Source of the DNA: Monocercomonoides exilis PA203
Lineage: Eukaryota > Protista > Preaxostyla
Direction: 5' to 3'
Assembly (NCBI GenBank): GCA_001643675.2
Contig: LSRY02000008.1
Coordinates: forward strand, 806,001 to 870,000
DNA length: 64,000 nucleotides
This document shows, in pieces, positions 52,669 to 64,000 of the stretch. The notes under the pieces were generated by a model, which saw only the letters and a program-made list of their open reading frames with translations, was not told the origin of the DNA and ran no database searches. Position 1 is the stretch's first letter. Every line of letters begins with the position of its first letter. The position numbers and the translations under genes are program-made.

Positions 52669-55600
52669 TTCGTAAAAAACAAACAAAACAACAACTACTT
52701 TTGTCATGGGAGAACAGCCTGTATTAAGGGCTCAGTTGCTAATCAATTGAAGTGAAAAATAGTGGATGTGAGAAAGAATGGAAATAATTTTTTAAAGAAT
52801 AAAACAAGGTGAGTTGTGCAAAAAACAAAGTGCACAGAGGTTGTTGTGATACGAAATAAGTACAAATTGAAATGTTAAATGTCATTATTAAAGACGACAG
52901 GGTGGGAAGAGTTTTACTCGTGGTTGGACAAAAATGTGTTGTAGTTTTGTTTGTTCTTTACGAATTAAAGAACAGAGTTTCTTAATTCTCCAGAACAAAC
53001 AATAACTACAACACCTCTTGTTATGGGAGTTATAATAGTTGGGAATTGCTATATATCTGCATGAATGTAACTTATCTCACTAGTGTGAACTGTTCTAATT
53101 GTGGTATATTCAATTCTGCTGCATTCTCTTGCAAGCTCCACTGTCTGTGCGCTTGGAACTTGAGAGTTGAGTTGGTTGTTCAGTTCCGCAATAGGTGGTC
53201 GAGGTAACGCAGTTGTTCTTGAGAAGAGGCTTGTTGTTCCCTGTGAAGCAGAGGCTGGGAGAAATGGTGCTTGGGCAGTGGATGGGCAGTTGCAAGCAAC
53301 AAGTGCTGTTTGATCTTCTTGTCGAGGAGCAACCAGCGCATGGGCCATGTCGGATGCAAGGTTGGCTCTAAGATAGGAGCGCGTTGGAGTGTGAGCTGTC
53401 GGGGATAAGCGAGCATGTCTCGCTATCAGCACTTCCGGTACTCCCTTGAAGATCAAGGCGGAAATGGCTGCATGCTTGATTGTGTATGGTCTGAACTCCT
53501 GTGGGATCCCTACCTGTGTCATTCCGAGTTTTGCCAGTTTTCTAATTCCTGAAGTCTTCAGCGGTGTGTTATGCGTCGTGTTCAGAAGAAATGCGTCTCT
53601 CGATTCGTTGGTCCTTCGAACTCTTTCTCAAAGGCGGTTGACGGCTCTTGCTGAACAGATCTTCTCATCTTCTTCTCCTAAGAAAGGAATAGTAAGATAA
53701 TACGGAGGAATAAATGTTTTCAAATGAGTGTGGATGTGGATGGCATTGTTGTCAAAAATGGATTCGTTCATCGATAGTTGTTCGAGTTCGTGGAAGCCGC
53801 ATGCTGTGAATAGCACGCAAAGCATTATGCACTTAATTGTAAGTTCGTAGAAGGATAGGTCAATATTGTTTGGCCGTGAGTTGTAGAAATCGAAGACCAA
53901 GGTTGGCGACCACATATATGTGTAAGGTTTAATGGGAACATGGGAACGGTGGAAGGAGCGGAAGATTGTCTTAATAATTGGAACTTGTCCAATATCTTCT
54001 CCATAACTAATTCTTGAGAATAGAGAGATAGCGGATCTCGTGGCGCATATGCATGTGAAGGGGAATCCCTTTTCCTTAAGCTAAACAAAAAGCATGGCAC
54101 ACCTTCGACACCATTCCACAAAGTCTTGTGGAAATCCTCCACAATTTTCCTCAGTCCAGGCCTGAGCAAAATGGGCGAATCCGAATGTGTAGGCTGTCCA
54201 AGTTGAAGTCGATATACGATTTTAAGCTTCGGTGATTATTGCTTCGGGAACATTGCATCTTCGAAAATCGCTGTTCCACCACTGTTCTCTTCTCTGCGCT
54301 GCAAGTTGAGTCTTGCTGCTAAGAAGGGTCCATGTGGGAGTGATGCTCCCGACCTCTTCATTCCTGGTCCTGCCTTCAATATTTTCCTCGAATCGCTCCA
54401 TCTCATGCAAGATGTCGTCATCTCTCTCAGAAGAGGGGTCCAGACCTGGAACCTCCAGGCTGGAAGAAGAATCACTGCTCTCGCCTGTTCCTCCCGAATC
54501 TTTTTTAAGCAAGGGAGAATCAGAGAAATCGGAGGACGCACCAGAGTCACCGCTCCTTTCCAGTCTGCTTGCAGTCCGTCCTCCTGCTCCGGACTTCCTG
54601 GTCCAAACAAGATTGTAGCTTTGTAGTTTCTTCCGTTCGCGAAGGCGTCCTGTTCGATTGAAAGATTCAGCCGTTGGTAGAGCTCTCTTAGTGCTTCGCT
54701 TGTAATTTCGTAGTTTCCTGCGCGTTGAAGTCTCTAGAGTGCATCCGCTGTCGTGTTCTTTTCCCCTGGGAGATGAATTGCTCTCAGTTGAATATTCCAT
54801 TCCGTTATCATCTTTCGGATTTTCCTCAGCAGAGAAAGGAGATTCGCTCCAGCTGCCCATCGATTGATGTCGTAGACAACCGTCGTGTTGTCTGATCTCA
54901 GAAGAATCCTTCGGATATTGTGTTTGGCTATGAGATAGCGTAAATGTTTGAGTGCCAAAAGGACAGCGAACATCTCTTTGATATTGGATGACTGGTTGAG
55001 GAATACTCGATTGAAAGCTTGATGGAAGTGGTACAGAGAGCTGCCGATTCGAAGGGTTGCACCACAGGCCCGGGGTGCAGCATCGGTTGTCAACGTCGTG
55101 CCTGGAACTGCAAATGACGCCCACGGTCTTTCCTCCTTCTCTCTTTGTCTCGTCTTCCAATATTGTAGCTGTTCCATGATTGAATGATTCAGATTCATCG
55201 CACCAGTCCAACCGGTTTTCCTGACTGCATTGTTAAGATTCTTGTATAATCTGTTCATGTGTAGAGAAGCATTTGCGTGGACGAATCGAGTTGCGCTGAT
55301 TTCTCCAACGAGTGATGCGAAGTCTCTTGTCAATATCAATGTTTCCTTCGATGATATATTCATCCACCGTTTTATCTTCTTCTGCAAAGAGGAACTGCGC
55401 TTCGTCTCCAATGCGACCTTCATCACACGAGTCTTCCATGTCCAACCAAGGAAGGAGAAGGTTTTTCTTGGAGTTAACCTGCTCTTCTCTTCGTTGACAA
55501 CAAGTCCGAGATTGTTGAACCAGTGAACGATTTTTGTTGTAGCTTTCTGTCAGGCATCTTTGTCCTCGTGCAAAATGATTGAATTGTCGAGATAATTCAA

Positions 55601-57250
55601 ACATCTCATCCTCCATCTTTTCCGAACCTCCTGCATAACTGTCCTCACAGCTTTATGAATATTCGTGGAGCATCTTTGTACACGAAGGGGAGACCTTTGA
55701 ATGCTAATGTCCTCTCTCTGAAGCCGAAAGAAAGGAAGGGAGTGAAATCTTTGTGCACGGGGACAAGAAAGAAGGCTTGTGAGAGGTCTGTTGTAACCGC
55801 ATAATCACACTTGCGGAAAAGCCTCTCCAGTGTCTTGTGGTACTCGGATTTGAAGTGAATGTCCTTTATTGCTTTGTTCAAGGGGGCGGCAATCGAGGAT
55901 CTGTCGATATTTCCCGTTCTTTAAATTTTTGAAGGACAACGTGTTCAAACATTTTACCTCTCCTTCTTTGATTTCGCAAAAGATGTTGTTGGACAAACTC
56001 TCCTGTATTCATTTGGCGCACTCTTCTTCTTCCTTTCTTGTGCCAATGAAGCCTCTTCGCAAATAAACCTCCTTCAAAAACTTTTCTTTCGCAGATTTTC
56101 CTTTCCAAACTGAGCGAACTCCAAACGTTGTTGTGTTCTTCACTCCAATGCTCCTCCACTCCTGTGCAAACATCTGAGTCCTGCCTCCTATTAAATTTTG
56201 AAAGTCCCCCGGCTTCTGAACCATTTCTCTGTTTGTCTATGTTGTCTAGCTGATGTTCTCGTTCGGAACTGGGCAGGCCCGATGCTTTGATCCGGAATCC
56301 GAAAAAACCTTCTTCTATTGTGGAGTTGGTGCTGCGATGGTTGTGTTCTTTCTCTCCTTGCCTCGAGAAATGGTTTGATCTTGGACTATTTTTCACGAGA
56401 GACAATCATGTAATCTGTTTCCACTTGAAGCGCTTTAGCTGCGGAAAATCCGTATTCTGCTTGGATCCTTGAGTGCCTCACTTCTTGGAAACCAGAAATC
56501 ACAAGCATCATCACATCGGATAGTCTTTTCTGTTTCTCTGGCGCATCTGTGTGTGTTCGTATTAGTGCCTTCACTGCTTGAATTAAGTAGCGTTCAACTC
56601 TTTAGTTGCTAGAGTTTGGAGCGTCCTTTATCCAGTTTGATGATCTTGCAAATTCGTGAACCTTGGATGGGATAAATGGAGGGTATGAAAATGATTCAAA
56701 AAATGAAACTGTATATGTTGAATCAGGTGAGTCGATTTTCAGATCAAAAATGGATTCTGAGGTTTCCGACCCAAATAATTCTCTGCAAAACGTGAGAAAA
56801 ATATCCTTTCCAATTGGGAATGAAGCGGAAGAGGTTTCTCCTAATGAAGATTTAGCTGGTTGCAGAGGTGGTACACTGCCTGAGGATGTGGTCTGCGATA
56901 AGCCCACGCAGCACGTTGATCCGCTGAGTGCAAAAATACTACCCAGTCCCGATGCAGGTCCTGTTGCAGTGTTTTCAATATCCATGATCTGATAAGCGAC
57001 TGAACCCTTAATACAGTCTCTTCACCCATAATCAAAGGTGTTGCAGTTGATAGTTTGTTCCGAAGAATTAAGGTGCTCTCCATTTTAATTGAAAAATCGT
57101 TTTTCTGATAAAAATATTCGATTTTAAGATTTTTCCAAATAATGTTTAAATAAGTCTAAATGATACTAATTAATAATGAAAATTGATTTCGCAAGTGAAT
57201 AATGTGTATTTGTGCAGAATTTTCAAAAAATGAAAAATAGACACAAAATT
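52669..57250 (-). mobile_element. tyrosine-recombinase (DIRS-like) retrotransposon, near full length (copy 2): gag-like, RT, RNase H, adenine-methyltransferase-like domain, YR
   Basis: RT motifs KYRQILDCR, DLSQAF, GLPFV, YLDN, FLGW. RNase H motifs LTTDAA, SSNIKEM, SDNTTVV, HLPGEKNTTADAL. MT-like DAFA..N / W..RPPISLI / LPAW. YR RPYTIKHAAIS...RSY. Several stops and frameshifts. Confidence 0.92.
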
Positions 57251-57489
57251 TGGGTGCTTATTTTTGAAAACATATTGTTTCAAACAAAATTTCCGGTTTT
57301 TAAATATGATTTTGAATATTATCAAATAAACATAGAAAAGTGAAAAGGCTTATTGAATGCATTTTAATCTTTGATTCGAAAAAACTATTTGATTATAAAA
57401 ACAATTATTATGCTTTTTCTCTTTTGTATTTAAATTTATCTTTCAAAAACTAACAATCTTTGAAATATAAACATCCCGAAAAAATATAT

Positions 57490-58420
57490 GATATCAAAAA
57501 TAATCACCCATTTATTTAGCAATTAATTGAATTTTATTTTTTCTTTCAATGAAAAGTCACATAATCTGTAATCACATTCGTATATCGTCACAAAAAGTCG
57601 AGCAAAACTTAATGTGATTATATATCGTTTTGAATGGATATAAAAACTTCATTTTTTCAATTCTTTTTTTTCAATTGAAAAATATTTTCAAGTTAATGTT
57701 ATAAGTATTTAACAAATTCTAAAAATTGATGAATGAGCGAATTATCAGTTGTTTCAAACAAATAGTTAAATAATATTATAAACAAAAAATTATAAAAATA
57801 AATCATTTTTCAATAATACTATCACCTACAATGAACAACACTTGTTGTTTTGAATTACAGAGAAAAGATATTGATGAAAAATATATTGAGAAAAAAAAAC
57901 ACATTTTCTTCATTTGCCAAAAATAGCAGAAAAACTTTCTCAAAAATTCGAATATAAAAGAAAGAAAATATATTTGAACATTACTCAAATATTCATTCGG
58001 ATATAATATTTTCGTTAATAGACCTTTTCTGAATTGAGTATGTAATTTCAAATTCATCACGAAAATTTCACAAAGAACAACCTAATTCAAGTTTCATCCA
58101 TCTTTTCCAAATTAGGATCAACTTTTTTTGTCGTTTACAAAAATTATCAAATCTACCGTGTTGATCAAACATTTTTTAACTTTTTGAATATCTTTTTTGA
58201 AAGAAGAAGCAGTGTTGCTAAATTTCAAAAGTGTGTTAATAACGTTTCAATTAATAAGTTTCCACTTTGTTTTTCTTTGTAAAATCTGTTCAAGTTACCG
58301 AATTCATTTGCATTCATTTTTAGTGTCTTCAACTATGTTAATCAACATTTTTCAATTTTTGCAAGCTAATTTAGCGCATTAACAGAAATCGAAGCATTTT
58401 TCATTCATCTGAGGGGAAAT
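57490..58420 (-). pseudogene. possible second, highly decayed USP-like relic
   Basis: R*MKN (cf. RGLKN) ~58400, QVLFIVGD (cf. SVLFIVGD) ~57822-57845, VTIYE (cf. VVVYE) ~57580, KWVIIFD ~57492-57512. The order matches 13140..14235. Confidence 0.3.
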
Positions 58421-58689
58421 TTAAATTGTTTAGTGAAAAAATGAAATTCACTTTTTTTCAAATAGTGCATCACATCAATTTCCAAAAAAATAAACATTTT
58501 TTACATATAATTTTGTATTTTTTACAATGAAATTATAAATATTAATGGAAAAAATCTTTAACAGCTTGTTTTTGTTAAAAATTAGATTGTGTGAGTGTGT
58601 TTTTCTAACAAAAAAATAAAAGCATTAATTATGACTCGATAGCAGCTCCTGTAACACGCTGGGTGTGATTCTTTTTTCTTTCTGGTGAG

Positions 58690-60170
58690 TTAATGAAGCA
58701 GAAGCAGCAGTAGAAGAAGAAGCAGAAGAAGAAGCTGAAGCGTAAGAAGAAGAAGAAGAAGTGGAAGCAGGAAAAATGGAAGCAAAGCGATCAGGTGATG
58801 AAGTATTTTCAGATCTAATCGATTTCCATCGATTTGGTTAATGCCACGATTTGGAAAAATCTTCATGATCATCACTTTCGATTTCTTTTTCTTTTTCATT
58901 CATTTTTTTTTTTTGCTTCTTTCTTTTTTTTCAATGATCTTCAATTCTTCTTTTCTTTCATTTTCATTTTTTTCTGAAGTAACTGGAATGTCTGGTTCTT
59001 CGTCGATATCAGAACATTCAAAAATATAGATAAATATTATTTGTTTGATATAAAAAAAAATTTTATGCATTCTTATTAAAAATAAAATATTGAGAAAAAA
59101 AGAATTGCAGGCCTTCTTTTTGAACATGAAGTGACGTGCTTCTGGAGGACGGTGAGGAATCTGGATTGAGTCGATTTTTTAGTCGAATTCTATATTGTTC
59201 GTTAGATCTTTGTTTTGCTTTATGTGTCTGAATGTTTTGAACTTGAAGATCGGTGATAATATGAAGATTTGCTTCAATATCGCTCGCAGTTAGTGGGTTC
59301 TGCAAAATATGGAAATTTGAAAGACAAGCTGCTACAGCAAAATAACTTCCAATTTTGTCAATATCAAATGGCCAGTTTTGTCGAAAAGCAGCAAAAATCG
59401 TTTTCATATGTCCAAAAAATATTTCGATAATAACCCTATGTCTCGCCAACTCTGGGGTTCCTACTGATTTTGAAATGACTGCGCCAAATTCCAACTTCAC
59501 TCCTATATATGCCGAATCTGTAATAATTTTTGATCCTCCAAGTTTTGAACAGAATATGGGATTATGGTCCTTGAAAATGGTACAGTCATGGGTTGAACCC
59601 GAGTAAATGTCACTAATTGTACTAGCAGTTCCAACTTTTATATTCACTCCAACTTCAACATTTTCACAATTAATATGGTGTTTTCCACTAAAGAATTTTT
59701 TTCCATTTGATAATGTTCCTTCCGGTCTGTTGGTCTGGATTATTGTGCAATCCACAGCCAGTGCCACATCTCTTTATTCGAAAACACGATCTGGCCTATA
59801 TGTTTAAAAAATATCAATGAGCGGAAGTTTGATATCTTTAACAGTGCTGTGAAAAAGTTGTGTTGTTGCTTTAAGAGTTTCGTTGTTGGATGGTGCAAGT
59901 TGATGAGTAAGAGTTGTGGAACCCAGATGAAGAAAATTGAGAAGAAGAAATAGTTGATCATCAAAATTGCTAATTGATTTATCTCTTCCTCTATGTTGAA
60001 TTGTTTCGTGTTGGATAATTCGAAGAAGAAGATCAAATTCGTTTCTGGTAAAACCAGTATGACGAAAGAACTTTCGCAAAGTGACTTCAATGCGTTTTAA
60101 TGCATATTGGATCACCGTGACTTTTTTAATTTCTTTTTAAATTTCAACGTGTTGCGGAAGTGCGATTCTT
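58690..60170 (-). mobile_element. PIF-Harbinger/ISL2EU (IS5-like, DDE_Tnp_4) transposase, frameshifted
   Basis: N-terminal FFRHTGFTRNEF...DQLFLLLNFL. Catalytic AVDCT, FSGKH, GSTHD, ITDSAY and HRVIIEIFFGHMK. Frameshift near 59800. Confidence 0.88.
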
Positions 60171-61705
60171 TTTTCTACGTGTTCCAAAATATCCAATATT
60201 TTGTTTTGTGACTATGCAAAAAAACACTCTTGTCCTGAAAAATGATTACAATTCCATAAATCAAAAATCTGTTTGAGTATCAATTTCTTAACATTTTATC
60301 AATTGAAATTCACTGAATCAATTTGAAATTGATTATGACTTATCGAAATTTGATTATCATAAACACAATTTAGACAATCCATAAATGAAAGTGATAAAGA
60401 AAATTTGAAAAAGGTCTTGTGTAACAAAAACGATATGGTCATATCATAAATTATTGCAAATGTCAAATTATCACAAATCTTTCTATTTCTTTGTGAGTAA
60501 TTCAAAACGGTTGTGGTTTTATCACCACGGGCCGGATCACGGCTTTATGAAAATGGTGTTTATTGATCATGTTTTTTTTTTCCTTTCCATTTCGAACGTA
60601 CTACCTTTCAAATACATTCAGCATGAAGATATGTTTTATGTCACTGTGTCTTGGACAAATATTTCGTTGAACTGAAATGCTCAAATCATCAATAATCAAA
60701 AAATGTCTGTGAAAGGAAGAGCAAATGAAAGCAGATTTCACTGAAACAACAAATTCTCTTTAACAATTTTGAAATGATAATTGTCATTAAGAAAAACGAA
60801 AAGACAAGAAAAAATGAAGTTCAAAGCTTTAATGTGTTTATATTCGATTTTGAAAAAATAATGTTCCATCTATATTTTTTGGGCAAAAATAGAAAATGGC
60901 TTCTCCAATTATCATCAAATAAATATTAATCTCAAATTGAACTGTTTATATTTGAAGAAAGTCCAATAATGAACACTTGATTATTGCAAAACAAAAGAAA
61001 AAGAAAATCGACAAATTGCTTTCAACACTCCAATGAGTAATGTGAATTTTAATGATGATGAGCAATCAGTTGATGGAAAAAGATTAAGAAATAGTAATAT
61101 TTTTTGATAACACACAAAATCAACTTTTAAATTGAACAAACAAAAATCCTTTGATATGAAATTATGTGAAATATATATATTCGATAAAAATATGTTTGTC
61201 GAAATCACAGCTTCAACAAAAAACAATAATTTTTTGAAAAAAGTATCATTGAATTTATTTATGTTGTTTCTCACTGAAAATATTAGAAAAAAATTTATAC
61301 ATAAATGAAACATTCTATCTTAACATACAGTGACAATAATGTCAAGTCGATTTCATGTTCAACAATCTAAATTTATTGACACATTAATTGATTGAAAATT
61401 TTTGTGAAAGAGGAAAAGCCCAAAAATAAAAATTCAAAACAAAAAATCGAAATAAAAAATCCTTGTGGAATTAGAATCGAACAGTTTGTAATAATTTGTG
61501 GCGGTGCACATTTTGTTTAATAATTTATTAGCCCATGTGCACAAATTTCGTATTTTGTGCGGGGTTTTTTTACCCAAACAATAAATTTGTGATTGTTATT
61601 TTCATTAACTTGAATAACCATCACAAACAAACTGACATCAAAAATTATTGGCAAATGAATACATCAACGAAATTTTAAAAATTAATGAAAAAACAGTACA
61701 GAAAA

Positions 61706-61953
61706 ATGTGGCTAATTTTTTTTGGAAAACTTCCTTTTGTTTAATTTTCAAATAAAATAAAAATTTCAAATTATCATCGTATTTCTGTTCCCACTCACTT
61801 CACTTTTCTCAAAGAGAAATAAGAACATTGAAAAGGATCTGTTTTTATTTCAGTGAAGTTTAAAATGTTGGATCAAAGATTTGAAGAAAACATTCATATT
61901 TTTTTTATTTGTAAATTAAACAAAATAAAGTTTTCGAAAAAATTTTTCCATAT
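61706..61953. mobile_element. hairpin family 1 MITE, diverged
   Basis: tttgtttaattttcaaataaaat...atttctgttcccactcac...aacattg...ttatttgtaaattaaacaaa. Confidence 0.7.
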
Positions 61954-62199
61954 AGAAAAAAAATTAAGTGTCAATTTCATGAACAAAATATGTGTGGAAG
62001 TGATGATTTTTTGATTTTTGAAATCTATTGTTTTCACATATTGATGGGATTTTTTATCATTGAAAAATTATAAATTTCATGGAAGAAGTGTCTGATTCAG
62101 ACTATTCACTTGATATTCCATGAAAACCTCCAAATAGTTTATTTTGATTGTTTCTCCATTTGGAAAAATCTGAAAAATGGATATTTAAGAATATCATCA

Positions 62200-63120
62200 A
62201 AAACATGCCAAAATGCAGAAGGTTCAGAACTGAAATGGATTAATGGAGTTTCTATGGAAGAATGATGTGGATTTGCTGAAAATGCAGCAATTGGTAATCA
62301 GCGTACAAGATAACATCCTTTAATCGAAGAATGACACCAATAAATGTGATCTTGTTAATTATCCTATTTATTTGGAATGGTGCTAGTGAAAAACTCTGCT
62401 CGGAAATGTTGGAGATTCAAAGGAACTCTGTGGCATATTCGTCATCTGTTATGAGGTGTTGCGCGATGGACATCATAAATCAGAATGAAACTATTCTTGG
62501 AGGCGAAAACAATATTGTTGAGGTAGATGAATGTGTTTTGAGGAAGAAGAAAGAAACAAAGAGGAAGTAGAAAGAAACAAATGTGTGCATTCGGAGCGGT
62601 TGAGCGAAAGAAAGATAAAATGGATAAAACAAGGAATTTTTTTGTCATGATTGTACCAGACCGTTCAGCTTCGACGTTAATTCCTATCATACAAAAGCAC
62701 ATTCTACCGCATTCAACAATAATGTCAGATGAATAGAAAACGTAATCATCTCTTTCTCTTCTTGGATACAATCAACAAACAGAGTGCCATAAAAGAAAAT
62801 TTAATGAGGAAGAAACTCACGCATACGCAAATACAATCGAAGGATTATGGAACCATATGAGAAGATTTTTTCATCCCCATGGCATTCGAGAAAAATATGA
62901 AGCTGATCAACTTGCTTTTTGGATGATTTATAAGAGAAAGATTGTGAGATTTGATGAATTTATATCAAAAGTTGTTTTCCACAAAGAAAAACAAACAGAA
63001 GAAGTTGAAGAAGAAATATATGTCTAAGATAATTTTCTTATATCCAATAACAGCAAAACAAGTGAAAACGACAATATTGATGCATATGACGGTTTATCTG
63101 AATCTGAGTATTCAGAAAAC
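62200..63120 (+). mobile_element. Merlin/ISXO2 transposase pseudogene
   Basis: N-terminal CPKC..C..C zinc-ribbon remnants, GGENNIVEVDECVLRKKK, FGAVER, VPDRSASTLIPIIQKHILPHSTIMSDE, ANTIEGLW. Stops are present. Confidence 0.9.
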
Positions 63121-64000
63121 TCATAAAGATGTTCTTCTTCATCATCATTTGATTTTTTATTTCTGACTTTTTTCATTTTTTGAAATATTTTTGATCCATT
63201 TTCATAATTTTTAAAAAATGATTAAAATGGGGCATAATTTTTCATTAATGAAAAAACCATGTGATGTTCAAAACTTATTCTGCATTCTGGTTATAATGTT
63301 TATAGTCCAATGAAACAAAAAAAGGAATAGAAAACAATTCCATAATAAATGTTAATTTTGAGTTTAAGAAACAATTCAATATAAAAAGAAATATTTGGAA
63401 AAAGAATCGAAAATGAGAGACAAAAATTATTATTAGTATTTGCAAATATGAATGATATGATTATAAACATAATCGAATTGTCCAAGTGACATTTGAAGGT
63501 TTGTATATATGAGAGATATTTTGTTCGAAAAAGTTATTTTTGAATAAAGAAAAATTAATTATTCAAACGGAAATTGAAAGTGGAAGCGACAATTTAGGAG
63601 ACACAGAATTCAATATTTTATTCAGGAAATGAAAAGAAGAAAAAGAAGAAGCTGAAAGCAGTGAAGAAAAAAAAGGTTTAAACATTGCAAAATAATGGAG
63701 ATGAAGAATCACAACATATTTGGCTTTTTGTCTTTCTTCATCTCCTTTTTTTCTCAATCTTCTTCTTTCATAAGATGCCTCACGAAAATTGTCAGAAATT
63801 GCATTAAGACAATACGAAGCCAGCATAGATTACAGTCGAAACCGGACATCATCACATCGGTTTTTGCACAACTTTTTGTGACTATATCCAACTGTGATAA
63901 TATCCGATCCTGTTTTACACAGAAAAAAATAAAAATAAATATAAAAATTAAATAATTTTGGGTCAATTTTTATATTTTTGAAAATTCCATTCAAATACGC

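Overview
AT-rich eukaryotic DNA with short GT-AG introns, poly-Ser/Glu/Gln coding tracts and microsatellites. The style suggests a metamonad protist such as an oxymonad, which is inference only. The window is almost entirely a transposon graveyard with no clearly intact host gene. It holds seven pogo-type (DDE_1) transposase copies or remnants, two tyrosine-recombinase (DIRS-like) retroelements, three Merlin/ISXO2 remnants, two Sola2-like remnants, and one each of hAT, IS630/Tc1 and PIF-Harbinger/ISL2EU. It also holds four families of non-autonomous palindromic/MITE elements, GC-richer shards of host-like genes, and a divergent USP (peptidase C19)-like sequence. The most notable signals are: (i) a conserved ~125-bp GC-rich nested palindrome ~90 bp upstream of three pogo-like transposases that also share a 52-nt intron; (ii) a 491-bp near-identical inverted tract between two otherwise divergent copies; (iii) a length-conserved ~245-bp hairpin family lying upstream of all three Merlin remnants; (iv) shared non-canonical catalytic residues in the YR retroelements. 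All alignments were done by eye, and coordinates of degraded elements are approximate.
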